Shown one piece after another: positions 9,106 through 17,864 of a stretch of 34,784 bases of DNA. The stretch is taken from positions 1 through 34,784 of the IMG/VR virus record IMGVR_UViG_3300012667_000745; one strand, given 5' to 3'. The position numbers and the translations under genes are program-made. The notes beneath the pieces are model-generated. The model was not told where the DNA came from. It did not search any database and saw nothing but the letters and a program-made list of their open reading frames with translations. This DNA is from a virus (lineage: Duplodnaviria > Caudoviricetes). Position 1 is the stretch's first letter. Every line of letters starts with the position of its first letter.

Positions 9106-9333
9106 ATGCCCGCTTACTTGCCACTACCTGAAGGTCTTGAAGTTCCGCCTAAAGGCCAATTCGAATTGCCTGTCCTTGCTGAAATGCGTGAAGGTCAGAT
9201 CTACGTGCTCGAAATCGGCGGCATGCCTTTGCCAGATGTTGAGGACGAAATGGAAGAAGAACTTGACAACGAGGGCATGAAGGAAGAAGATTTCATGGCT
9301 GCTGTCGAACGGCAGATGGGCCCTAAACGATAA
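9106..9333 (+). CDS. Small acidic hypothetical protein
   Basis: 75-aa ORF with an E/D/M-rich C-terminus. Confidence 0.65.
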   Translation: MPAYLPLPEGLEVPPKGQFELPVLAEMREGQIYVLEIGGMPLPDVEDEMEEELDNEGMKEEDFMAAVERQMGPKR

Positions 9334-9337
9334 CATC

Positions 9338-9487
9338 ATGAAAACTACTGCCTTAGGTATTCTCACCATTATTGTCGCTGTCGCCGGAACCGGTATCAAG
9401 TTGCTCGGTGGTGAAGCCGTTGACTTTGCCACCGTCGTTACCGCTGTCACAGCCGGAATCGGATTGCTTAAAGCCAAAGACGCATGA
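9338..9487 (+). CDS. Holin-like two-TM peptide (49 aa, not in ORF track)
   Basis: MKTTALGILTIIVAVAGTGIKLLGGEAVDFATVVTAVTAGIGLLKAKDA, ATGA-coupled to the next gene. Confidence 0.65.
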   Translation: MKTTALGILTIIVAVAGTGIKLLGGEAVDFATVVTAVTAGIGLLKAKDA

Positions 9488-9630
9488 AGTATCTACTCTT
9501 CAGCGCCTTCGCTTTGCTAACTAGCTGCGCCGGAACCTCGAATCCTGAGCAGCTTAGCAAGCAACTCAGCGCCATCAACGAGGCGCTCATCGCTTACACT
9601 AAGCACAACACCCCTGTAGCGGACAAATGA
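9484..9630 (+). CDS. Small lipoprotein, possibly o-spanin-like (48 aa, not in ORF track)
   Basis: MKYLLFSAFALLTS-C lipobox; ATGA overlaps on both sides. Confidence 0.65.
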   Translation: MKYLLFSAFALLTSCAGTSNPEQLSKQLSAINEALIAYTKHNTPVADK

Positions 9631-9800
9631 CAGACCCATCGCCCGTAGGCAAAATGTTTGACAGCATCATCGGAATCACGGCCCCTGCGTTGGGCCTGAT
9701 TACGAGCATGCAGGAGCAGCTTGAATACGGGCTCAGAGTCGCGTCGTTAATCGTAGGCCTCATCGTAGGCTTGCTCGCCGTTTGGCGTCATTTCAAATGA
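9627..9800 (+). CDS. Small membrane protein, holin- or spanin-like (57 aa, not in ORF track)
   Basis: MTDPSPVGKMFDSIIGITAPALGLITSMQEQLEYGLRVASLIVGLIVGLLAVWRHFK, ATGA-coupled to the amidase. Confidence 0.6.
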   Translation: MTDPSPVGKMFDSIIGITAPALGLITSMQEQLEYGLRVASLIVGLIVGLLAVWRHFK

Positions 9801-10357
9801 AAACCGTAGCCGTATGCGTTGGCCATTCCCGTAAGGGGGACAAAGGCGCGGTAAATACGAGCGGTGTTACCGAACACCAGTTCAACCGCAAGGTTGGCCA
9901 GATTGTATGTGCGGTGCTCAATGAGCGCAGCTACAATGCTATTCTACTTGATGCGTATACCGGTAACGGATACGCGTCATCAATGAGCTGGGTAGGTCAA
10001 CAATGCAAGCAGCACAAGGCCGTATGCGCCGTGGAGCTGCACTTCAACAGTGCCGGACCCTTTGCCAATGGCCATGAGTGGCTTTACTGGCAGCGCAGCG
10101 CGAAGAGTAAGCTACTTGCGGAGTGCTTTGCCACTGAGTTCAGCAAATCGTTCCCGTCTGCACGCGCACGAGGAGCTAAGCCTTTAGGTCTTGACGATCG
10201 GGGCAGCTTGTTCTTGCGCCTTACCCCTTGCCCTGCCGTGATTCTTGAACCCTTTTTCGGTTCGAACATCGACGAGACGGTCTTCTACACGAAGAACCAA
10301 ACGGCGTTGGCTCATTGCTACGCTGACGCCATTGCAACTTACTTGCAAATGGCTTAG
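9797..10357 (+). CDS. Endolysin, N-acetylmuramoyl-L-alanine amidase (Amidase_3)
   Basis: VGH, TE, ELHFNS and AVILEPFF zinc-amidase motifs. Start at ATG 9797. Confidence 0.9.
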   Translation: MKTVAVCVGHSRKGDKGAVNTSGVTEHQFNRKVGQIVCAVLNERSYNAILLDAYTGNGYASSMSWVGQQCKQHKAVCAVELHFNSAGPFANGHEWLYWQRSAKSKLLAECFATEFSKSFPSARARGAKPLGLDDRGSLFLRLTPCPAVILEPFFGSNIDETVFYTKNQTALAHCYADAIATYLQMA

Positions 10358-10372
10358 CCACAAAAATCAAAG

Positions 10373-10401
10373 TTGACAAAAGCAATACGGAACCCTACGT
10401 T
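10373..10401 (+). promoter_or_regulatory. Sigma70-like promoter, probably leaderless
   Basis: TTGACA-17nt-TACGTT, then 6 nt to GTG 10408. Confidence 0.6.
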
Positions 10402-10407
10402 TGCTGC

Positions 10408-10764
10408 GTGGCTGCTGCTCGGTATAATCTTGAAATTGAAAGGGGCGGTGCGCTCGATTTTTCGTTGCGCATCCTAGACTCGCTTGACGAGCCCGTCGCA
10501 CTTTCAGGCGGCAGCACAGCATTCAAAGCCCAAATCCGTGCCCAACACCGTAAACCGCTCATCGCAGCCATTACGGTTGCGCCCTACCCTACTGAAGCAC
10601 CTGACGGAACTGTTCGTTTTACTCTCAGTGCTGCTCAAACGCTACTGCTTGACCCCAGCCAGAAATACGTGTGGGACTTCTTCTGGACCGACTCAGCCGG
10701 AACCCGCCGTAGGCTACTATTCGGTGACGTCACCGTTGCTGCGAATGTCACTCACCTTTCCTGA
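10408..10764 (+). CDS. Virion fibre-adaptor-like protein, paralog 1
   Basis: AARYNLEIERG...DGTVRFTLSAAQT...YVWD...RLLFGDVTV; clear paralog of 13119..13469. Confidence 0.7.
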   Translation: MAAARYNLEIERGGALDFSLRILDSLDEPVALSGGSTAFKAQIRAQHRKPLIAAITVAPYPTEAPDGTVRFTLSAAQTLLLDPSQKYVWDFFWTDSAGTRRRLLFGDVTVAANVTHLS

Positions 10765-10768
10765 ACCC

Positions 10769-11248
10769 ATGTCCTACTCCTTATCTGTAACTGAAAGCGG
10801 TGGCCTTACCTTAGGTCTTACTGGGCCTGCTGGACCAGCAGGCCCAGCAGGCGGCGTAACTTCTGTGGCCGGAAGAACTGGCGCGATCACACTTGTGAGC
10901 GCCGATATTACCAATGCTACGTCATTCGCTACGCCGGACACTTTGGTGAAACGAGATGCGAGCGGTAATTTCTCTGGTGAGTTCTGTGGGTTTACTGAGG
11001 TCAATGCAGGAGGTGAGACATACGGTGTTACTATTGGCCCAAACGGTGTTTATTTCTATGTCCTCGACGCGCAGGCCCTGCTCCGATCTACGGCCACACA
11101 GTCTCAAGTCTATACCCTCCCTGACTCCACAGGCACTCTACCTACAGTGCCCGCATACGCGAACCTTACCGCAGCAAACGCTGCACTTCCTGCTGACGAA
11201 TTCTATTGGGACACCACCGATAAAAAACTCCGCAAAACAACCGCATAA
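10769..11248 (+). CDS. Short tail or head fibre protein
   Basis: Collagen-like GPAGPAGPAG and the fibre motif VTSVAGRTGAITL. Start at ATG 10769. Confidence 0.7.
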   Translation: MSYSLSVTESGGLTLGLTGPAGPAGPAGGVTSVAGRTGAITLVSADITNATSFATPDTLVKRDASGNFSGEFCGFTEVNAGGETYGVTIGPNGVYFYVLDAQALLRSTATQSQVYTLPDSTGTLPTVPAYANLTAANAALPADEFYWDTTDKKLRKTTA

Positions 11249-11252
11249 TTCT

Positions 11253-11531
11253 ATGACCAACAATATCGACAAACAATCTTTCGGTGAAGGTGGCGTGACG
11301 CTCGTAGCCGCCAACACCGCTATTCCAGAAGGCCAATACTGCGCCCTTAGCTTCGTAGGCGGTGGCGGTGCTATTACCACAGCATTCAGTTCTGCTGAAG
11401 CACCGCTACTCAGCGGCACTCAAACAAGCATCACGTTCCCTGACGGCTACACGATCTACACTCCACTAATTATTGGTGCAGGTTCCCTTGCCCGTATCGC
11501 TTGCCCTGTAATTCTCTACAAATCACTCTAA
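11253..11531 (+). CDS. Small virion-associated protein
   Basis: MTNNIDKQSFGEGG..., 92 aa, packed among fibre genes. Confidence 0.6.
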   Translation: MTNNIDKQSFGEGGVTLVAANTAIPEGQYCALSFVGGGGAITTAFSSAEAPLLSGTQTSITFPDGYTIYTPLIIGAGSLARIACPVILYKSL

Positions 11532-11534
11532 ACA

Positions 11535-11684
11535 ATGCGCTTAGGCTTAGGTAATAATCTTGTGAAGCAGGGACTCTCGTTTACGAGATTCCCTACAATG
11601 CTGACGCTTAATCTCGCAGGCACAATTACCGCGCTCACGCTTGACATTGAAGGTGTTCAAACCGCTCTAATCCTTTACCTATAA
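11535..11684 (+). CDS. 49-aa peptide with an MRLGLG N-terminus (not in ORF track)
   Basis: MRLGLGNNLVKQGLSFTRFPTMLTLNLAGTITALTLDIEGVQTALILYL fills the intergenic gap exactly. Confidence 0.55.
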   Translation: MRLGLGNNLVKQGLSFTRFPTMLTLNLAGTITALTLDIEGVQTALILYL

Positions 11685-11688
11685 ACCT

Positions 11689-12636
11689 ATGGCTGAATTC
11701 GCCGATACACCCATCCCCTACGTCCCGATTGCCGACAAAGCCACAGAAGTGCGGACGGCGATTGACGTTTATTCTACAGGGCAGACCTATTCCCAGTCGC
11801 AGGTTGCGGCGATCATGAACTATCAGGGATTATATATCCCCGACGCAGATGCGATGCTTTATGTCGCGGCTGTAGAATCAGCATTGGCGACAACCATCGA
11901 AACCGCGCTGCCATCTGCTACAAATCCCAAGCGCATCATCTCCGATTTCTTCAAGGCGGAAAAATCTGCTAGTCGATGGGGTTTATTCAAACAATTTCAC
12001 CTTCCGATTTACAACAACGCTGCCGCAAACGCGATTGATTTGGTGGCTCGATATGTTGGCGAGTTTTCGCTATCAGGAGTAACGACCGCTGCCGGATACG
12101 TGCAAAGCAACGGCACTAGCGGATATTTTGATTTCAAAAATACTCCCGCAGAGCTTGGTTTGAGCATGTCGGACGCCTATGAATTTGCTCTAGCAAAAAC
12201 CGCGTTTGCTCCTACTGGGGGACGGGTAATCGGCTCGCGCAATGCTGGAGGTCAGGATTTCAACCTTAGCGCAAATGACGCATCAACATTTCGTGCAGCT
12301 ATCATGAGCAACACGACGGGATTGATTACATCTAGCTCAAACGCGATGACGGGCATTTTGACTGCCTCGCGCAAATCAGGGACTAGGTTTGTGGCGCGCC
12401 GATCATCCACTGGATATGATGCGCTCGGATCTATCACTGACGCAGATGTGGGCCTAACACCAACGCTTGATATTTACGCCATAGCAGGAAATGCCGCTGG
12501 AGTTGCTGGAGCATTTACCACTAACCAATGGGGAGCTTATGGAGTTGGGCTTGGCCTAACAACTACGCAAAACGAGGGATTTACGCTCAACCTGAAAAAT
12601 CTTTACGAATCACTAACCGGACTCACACTACCATGA
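11689..12636 (+). CDS. Putative receptor-binding or fibre protein with a lectin-like beta-sandwich
   Basis: 315 aa, A/T/G/S-rich, SNGTSGYFD motif, codon usage differs from core genes. Confidence 0.55.
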   Translation: MAEFADTPIPYVPIADKATEVRTAIDVYSTGQTYSQSQVAAIMNYQGLYIPDADAMLYVAAVESALATTIETALPSATNPKRIISDFFKAEKSASRWGLFKQFHLPIYNNAAANAIDLVARYVGEFSLSGVTTAAGYVQSNGTSGYFDFKNTPAELGLSMSDAYEFALAKTAFAPTGGRVIGSRNAGGQDFNLSANDASTFRAAIMSNTTGLITSSSNAMTGILTASRKSGTRFVARRSSTGYDALGSITDADVGLTPTLDIYAIAGNAAGVAGAFTTNQWGAYGVGLGLTTTQNEGFTLNLKNLYESLTGLTLP

Positions 12637-12932
12637 TCGGATTTGTTACCTCCCCCGAAACATCCGCTGCTATCACCGCAGCCGTAGAGCTAGCGCAAAT
12701 CTCGCGTGGACTCTCGCCATACATCGGCATCCGTGGCATGGAAATTCTGTCCGGTTCCAACGCTGGGCAGCATTTCCTCCCGTTTGATGATTCCGCACTA
12801 ACCACTCCGCTTCACGGAGGAACGCACGTTTCCGACTATCCTGAATTTGCCTCGCTCCTCGCAATGCTTGGCGGGCTAGAGTCTCGTGTGGATATTGATC
12901 CAGAGCTAGTCACCCCACCACCCATAGAGTAA
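12633..12932 (+). CDS. Small protein coupled to the fibre gene, possibly a chaperone
   Basis: ATGA overlap; MIGFVTSPET..., 99 aa. Confidence 0.6.
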   Translation: MIGFVTSPETSAAITAAVELAQISRGLSPYIGIRGMEILSGSNAGQHFLPFDDSALTTPLHGGTHVSDYPEFASLLAMLGGLESRVDIDPELVTPPPIE

Positions 12933-12966
12933 TCCCCAAAACCCTTCTGCCTTACCCCCCAACAGA

Positions 12967-13113
12967 ATGTTCTACGCAATAATCCTCGCCATGTCATCCT
13001 TCCCACGCCCTTGCAACCCCAACTCACACGCTCCGAGGTGCATCCCCGAAGTGCAGGCATCGGCATTGGGTCTGATCGGCGCAACACTGCTTCTCATCCG
13101 ACGTAAACGATAA
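12967..13113 (+). CDS. 48-aa mini-protein ending in a PEP-CTERM-like sorting signal (not in ORF track)
   Basis: MFYAIILAMSSFPRPCNPNSHAPRC-IPEV-QASALGLIGATLLLI-RRKR-stop. Confidence 0.65.
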   Translation: MFYAIILAMSSFPRPCNPNSHAPRCIPEVQASALGLIGATLLLIRRKR

Positions 13114-13118
13114 CCTTA

Positions 13119-13469
13119 ATGCTAGCCGCAAACTACAACATCACCTTAGACCGCGCAGCGGATTACTCCTTCGTGCTCGTTATCAACGACGCTAATGGTG
13201 TTGCCGTAGATCTTGACGGCGATGACTTTGTCAGTGACATCCGTTTAATCAGCAGCAAGAAGCAGGCATTGGAGTTCACTACCGCATTCGTTACCGATGG
13301 TTCCGATGGGAAGGTGCTGCTTACTTTAACGCCCTTACAGACGAAGACACTGCAAGCCGGAACCCTTTACGAGTATGATGTATTCGTTATCCGTTCCGTA
13401 AGCGGGCAGACCATACGCCTAATCGAAGGCACGGTTACCGTGCGAGCACAAAGAACCAACGACGTTTAA
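13119..13469 (+). CDS. Virion fibre-adaptor-like protein, paralog 2
   Basis: AANYNITLDR...DGKVLLTLTPLQT...YEYD...RLIEGTVTV. Confidence 0.7.
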   Translation: MLAANYNITLDRAADYSFVLVINDANGVAVDLDGDDFVSDIRLISSKKQALEFTTAFVTDGSDGKVLLTLTPLQTKTLQAGTLYEYDVFVIRSVSGQTIRLIEGTVTVRAQRTNDV

Positions 13470-13472
13470 CTT

Positions 13473-14801
13473 ATGCCAAGCGACACTTTCACCCTACAGA
13501 TCTTTGATACCGGTATCAGTATTCCGGCAGACCATGCTTCGACCCATTTAACGGGAGGCACGGATGCTATTCCTATTGCTACGGCTTCAACGTCAGGCTT
13601 GATGTCTGCGGCCCAAGCCGCAGCCGTTATTGCGAATACGGCCAAAGCCACTAACGCCACGCACACAGGCGAAGTTACAGGCTCTACGGCGCTGACCATT
13701 GCGAATGATGCTGTCACTACTGCGAAGATCAACAACGGAGCTGTAACTACAGACAAGATTGCCGCCGCTGCGGTGACTACCACTAAGATTGCTGATGGTA
13801 ACGTGACGCTTGCTAAGTTGGCTAACGTCGATGGTCCTGTAGTCTTAGGCCGCAGCGATAGCGACATCGGTGGCGTAACTGCTATTTCCTGCACCACTGC
13901 GGGATTCGCCCTTATCGGTCAAGCCAATGTTTCTGGTATGCGGACTTACTTAGAGTTAGGCCCATTCGCCACCGCTACCACGATTACCGTGGACTTAACC
14001 GCTGCGTCAGTGACTGGTGTATTGCCTGTATCTAAAGGCGGAACTGGGCGCGGTGGAGCTACTACATTGAACGCCAATTCATTAGTTGTTACTGGGGATA
14101 GCCCAGACGCAAATTTTTCTACTGTCGCTGTTGGGGCTACGACTCAGATTTTGGTTGGTGGTGGTCCTAGCTCCTATCCTGTATGGGCAACGGCTACCGG
14201 AAGCGGTGCTCCTGTCCGTGCGGTAAGTCCATCACTCACTACCCCAGCTTTAGGGACTCCAACAGCAGGTGTTCTTACAAGCTGCACAGGCTTACCTTTG
14301 ACGACAGGTGTTACTGGCGTATTACCAATTGCGAATGGTGGCACTGGCAAAACGTCAGCGGTAAGGGGTCAGATCTCCAAGATGTCCTCTTTCACTCTTG
14401 TTGATGTAGCAACCGCGAATGTCTACGTCCCCCTCACAAACGCAGGCACATTAGACGCAAACGTCAATATGACTGTGGGGGCTAATAGCACTTTTTCAAT
14501 AAAGAATACGTCCAACACAACTAGACTTTTTAGGGTTTATGCTAGTGTGGATGCTACTTCGGCGAATAACGAAATCTTAGGCATTAAGTTATATTTTGGT
14601 GTAGCAGGATCTCTCGGAGCTATTGATGAAACAGAGTGCAGGGGATTCACCAGCGGATCAAATTCCGCCGCTAAGCTAGTTACATCATGGATGATCGAAC
14701 TTGACCACAACGAAGAGATTGCCGTTTATGTCGCCAACCATAGCGGAACAAATGACATTACTATCCAAAGAGCGAGGCTAATCGCAGAAGCAATTATTTA
14801 A
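13473..14801 (+). CDS. Tail fibre protein
   Basis: AVTTAKI, AVTTDKI and AVTTTKI repeats plus GVLPVSKGGTG and GVLPIANGGTG fibre motifs. Confidence 0.8.
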   Translation: MPSDTFTLQIFDTGISIPADHASTHLTGGTDAIPIATASTSGLMSAAQAAAVIANTAKATNATHTGEVTGSTALTIANDAVTTAKINNGAVTTDKIAAAAVTTTKIADGNVTLAKLANVDGPVVLGRSDSDIGGVTAISCTTAGFALIGQANVSGMRTYLELGPFATATTITVDLTAASVTGVLPVSKGGTGRGGATTLNANSLVVTGDSPDANFSTVAVGATTQILVGGGPSSYPVWATATGSGAPVRAVSPSLTTPALGTPTAGVLTSCTGLPLTTGVTGVLPIANGGTGKTSAVRGQISKMSSFTLVDVATANVYVPLTNAGTLDANVNMTVGANSTFSIKNTSNTTRLFRVYASVDATSANNEILGIKLYFGVAGSLGAIDETECRGFTSGSNSAAKLVTSWMIELDHNEEIAVYVANHSGTNDITIQRARLIAEAII

Positions 14802-14802
14802 T

Positions 14803-16674
14803 ATGGCCGTATCCCCAATCCCACAAGCCCCTTTCCGGCAGGACCGTAAGGTATTCCTTACGCCCATCATTGGGGATGTCCTGTTCAGCGAAGTCCGCGA
14901 TTGCTCCCGCATCTCGATTCCTGAATACGGAACCCCGCATCCTGATTCGAAGAAGTGGCCTTCGCACAAACTCGTGTTCGTCAAGACCGTTGACATCGAG
15001 CGCGACGGCTTGTTCGAGTTCTTCTACGCGGCTGCACGTGAGGATCAGGATCTATACAACTTTGCTTTCGGCACGCGTAATGTTGCTGGCCGTGAGTTCC
15101 GAGTAGTGTCAAGAAGCTACGTCACGCCTCGGGCTGACTTCACGCCATTGCTGCCTGTTTTTAACGCGGCTATGCCCAACGTGCCGGAAGGCAAGTTCGA
15201 CGGCGTTGATTATGTCTTCTACGACAAAGTGCAACAACGTATCGAGCAACAAGAGCTTGATGCCCTGTTCATCGCTGAGGTTTACACCTACATCGAAACG
15301 GACTTTCTTGACGACAAGCTGAGCGTTTCAATCGAACGCCCAGTCCTGATTCCTGAAAAGTTTCGCGCTCTGCTTCCGACCAACACAACGGAAGAACTCG
15401 TTGCTGGAACTGTTGCCACGCCTGCATTAGGCGCGGATGACATTGCCGCCACTGAGGAACAGGTCAACACGGATGTGAAACGCGTGCGCACGGTTAGTCG
15501 TGCGCCGCAGACAGAACCCGTAACCTTAACCGGAACACGGGCATACGTCGAAGGCACGGAAGGCATTGTAGAGGAAAGCTATTCGCCTACTGAACTCTCG
15601 GCGGATACTGGCCTGCTTGTCGCACAGTCCGTTGCCACCCCTTTAGGCGACGGCTCCTTCGTGAAGGAAACGGTGCGCGTTGAGGAATGGCCGCAACTCA
15701 AAAGTGCTGAATGGGATTACGAGCTGAACGCTGCGGTCACCCGCACGGAGCAGTTCGTTGCACCGCCTACGAACCTCAACCAGCCAAACACCTCTTTCCG
15801 TGCCGTCAATAAAGACCGCACGTTGCAGATCACGGAGACTCCTCCGGTATCCGCTTTGCTGAGTTATCTTGCAGCGTTCCCGACTGAAGTGAATTTGAAC
15901 TTGCCCAACGTGCTGCGCAAAGTGCAAGTAGTTTGGTCTTCGGATACCGCCCAAGGCAGTTCTGATTCTGAATGGCAGGGCGTTGTCGTAGGTGAATCCG
16001 GTTCCCTGAGTGGCAGCGAAGACGGCGATGCCGCTAGCTCTGTGTCCTTGCGGCCAGAACTTCTCATCGACATCGAACAACCTTCCGGCAGCAATCTCCA
16101 AGGAACGGCCTACTTCTTCTACATCGAAACGGTCAACAATGTCGTCACTCCTGCTGCGTTCTTAGATCGCCTTAATACTCTCTGCGGTGCGCCCGTCAGT
16201 CGTTGGCCCATCTTTCGTCCGGTATCCCATACCCTTTTAGCCCAAGGCGCGAAGGCTACCGTTCGTGCGGATGCACGCGGCGCAGCCTCTGTTTCGTTCT
16301 CCAGCAGCAGCCAATCGCTTACCCGTTCCACGGCTCAAGGCGATTCGTATGATGTCAGTTTAGCACTGAACTCTGTTGTCATTCCTCCTACAATTCATCC
16401 AGCCATTGTGCTGGTGGATGCCGGTATGCGTGCGTTGACTGTATCGGCTACCGCAAGCGCAGGCTGGACTGGCACGAACTTCCCTACGGTCAACGTAGAG
16501 TCGAGTGCGCAGCATACGGTTCGTGCGGTTGTTACGCCTACGGCTTTGCCTGCTACTTACCCTTCTGCTATTCCAAAGTCAGGTTTGTATGTAGTGCAAT
16601 CACGAGTCGAACCCTACAAGTGGGGCTGGGCAAAGTGCTCTGCGATTGTCATCGACGCCAATCAACTCGCTTAA
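14803..16674 (+). CDS. Putative tail structural protein
   Basis: 623 aa, beta-rich, in the tail module. Confidence 0.55.
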   Translation: MAVSPIPQAPFRQDRKVFLTPIIGDVLFSEVRDCSRISIPEYGTPHPDSKKWPSHKLVFVKTVDIERDGLFEFFYAAAREDQDLYNFAFGTRNVAGREFRVVSRSYVTPRADFTPLLPVFNAAMPNVPEGKFDGVDYVFYDKVQQRIEQQELDALFIAEVYTYIETDFLDDKLSVSIERPVLIPEKFRALLPTNTTEELVAGTVATPALGADDIAATEEQVNTDVKRVRTVSRAPQTEPVTLTGTRAYVEGTEGIVEESYSPTELSADTGLLVAQSVATPLGDGSFVKETVRVEEWPQLKSAEWDYELNAAVTRTEQFVAPPTNLNQPNTSFRAVNKDRTLQITETPPVSALLSYLAAFPTEVNLNLPNVLRKVQVVWSSDTAQGSSDSEWQGVVVGESGSLSGSEDGDAASSVSLRPELLIDIEQPSGSNLQGTAYFFYIETVNNVVTPAAFLDRLNTLCGAPVSRWPIFRPVSHTLLAQGAKATVRADARGAASVSFSSSSQSLTRSTAQGDSYDVSLALNSVVIPPTIHPAIVLVDAGMRALTVSATASAGWTGTNFPTVNVESSAQHTVRAVVTPTALPATYPSAIPKSGLYVVQSRVEPYKWGWAKCSAIVIDANQLA

Positions 16675-16677
16675 CCT

Positions 16678-17052
16678 ATGGCTGAAAAATCCACTTCGAC
16701 CAAACGAGGCTCTGCCTTAGCTGAAGCGCAGAGCCTAGGCATTGACACGTCAGGCATGAGCACACGCGAAGCCATGGGCGCTATCAAAGAAACCCGTGCC
16801 GCGCAGAGCGACATGGCTGACTTTATCAATAAGGTTCTCGACTCACGTCCGGCTGCTGTGCCTGCGGGCGATGTCGTGCCTGCCGTTGCGACCACACGAA
16901 CCACTGAAGATCCTGCTAGCACGGTAATGCGTGGCGGTGGCGGCGGTGGCGGCACTAATGGCGGCGGTGTGCCAACTGAATTCTACACTTGGGTTGAAGG
17001 CAAAGTCGGTAAGGTAATCGTGCTTTGTCAGTCCGGCCCAAGCCCACTTTGA
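16678..17052 (+). CDS. Hypothetical protein with a poly-Gly linker
   Basis: 124-aa ORF tightly packed in the operon. Confidence 0.6.
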   Translation: MAEKSTSTKRGSALAEAQSLGIDTSGMSTREAMGAIKETRAAQSDMADFINKVLDSRPAAVPAGDVVPAVATTRTTEDPASTVMRGGGGGGGTNGGGVPTEFYTWVEGKVGKVIVLCQSGPSPL

Positions 17053-17055
17053 GTT

Positions 17056-17697
17056 ATGGTCACGTTCCCTACAGGTTCCGGTATCTTGCTTTGCCCTACA
17101 GGTCAGGGGTTTAGCACTATTTCTGATGATTTGTATGCAGAACTTGAAACGGCTGTAGATTCTGGCGAGGCGAATATCGAAGATATCGACCCTGCGGTGT
17201 ATCAGGAGTGGTTGTCGAACGCAAAGGAGATAACCTTAACTGACGAAATTGAATACAGCCCACTCAAGGAGGGTTACGAGAATTCCATTGCTGTCGCTAA
17301 GTATAAGCAAGGATTGTTCGGTGATGGTGGGATGCAGTTCAACAATTCAGGTCATCCGTTCCCAATGATGACTTTCGATCAAGTCTTAACTTTCCAGCCC
17401 TCAATCAACCAAGGACAAGTTGGGCTTACCGAAATTGACGGGTATGGCTTCGGTTACTATAAAACCGAAGAGGGCGACTTCGCATTGTTGACGTTCCTCC
17501 CTTTCTTGTTCATCCGCAACGACAAGTTTTATTGGTATAGCGCGTCTATCCCAAACTACACCATCACCCTAGATGATACGGATTTGAAAGTGGTGGACTC
17601 CTTTACTTTCGATTACTACGACCCCGAAACGGAAGAAACCGTAGTGATTACTTCAACCCGAACTGTCACGGCCAGCATCACAGAGCGGTTCTACTGA
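17056..17697 (+). CDS. Acidic hypothetical protein, probably structural
   Basis: 213-aa ORF in the operon. Confidence 0.6.
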   Translation: MVTFPTGSGILLCPTGQGFSTISDDLYAELETAVDSGEANIEDIDPAVYQEWLSNAKEITLTDEIEYSPLKEGYENSIAVAKYKQGLFGDGGMQFNNSGHPFPMMTFDQVLTFQPSINQGQVGLTEIDGYGFGYYKTEEGDFALLTFLPFLFIRNDKFYWYSASIPNYTITLDDTDLKVVDSFTFDYYDPETEETVVITSTRTVTASITERFY

Positions 17698-17701
17698 ACC
17701 C

Positions 17702-17730
17702 TTGACCGTATCCTGTTTCCTGTGTATTCT
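17702..17730 (+). promoter_or_regulatory. Sigma70-like promoter
   Basis: TTGACC-17nt-TATTCT, ATG 10 nt later. The spacer (tatcctg tttcctg) resembles the portal promoter spacer. Confidence 0.6.
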
Positions 17731-17740
17731 ATTTCAAGCC

Positions 17741-17863
17741 ATGAAGACTAAGACCAAACAACAAGTCGCATACCTGCTCTCCAAAGTGAGCCCCCTAAAG
17801 GGCAAGCAGCAAGAGAAGCTGAAAGCTGAACTGCATTCCGGCGCTGTCAAAATCAAGAAGTAA
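17741..17863 (+). CDS. 40-aa Lys-rich peptide (not in ORF track)
   Basis: MKTKTKQQVAYLLSKVSPLKGKQQEKLKAELHSGAVKIKK between the promoter and the next gene. Confidence 0.6.
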   Translation: MKTKTKQQVAYLLSKVSPLKGKQQEKLKAELHSGAVKIKK

Positions 17864-17864
17864 T

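Noticed and set aside
10484-12632. Extended ORF starts at 10484, 10956 and 12528
   Set aside because: They overlap upstream genes. ATGs at 10769, 11253 and 12633 give tight non-overlapping packing.
11689-14801. Diversity-generating retroelement target
   Set aside because: No reverse transcriptase in the window, and I saw no template/variable repeat pair with adenine-specific mismatches.
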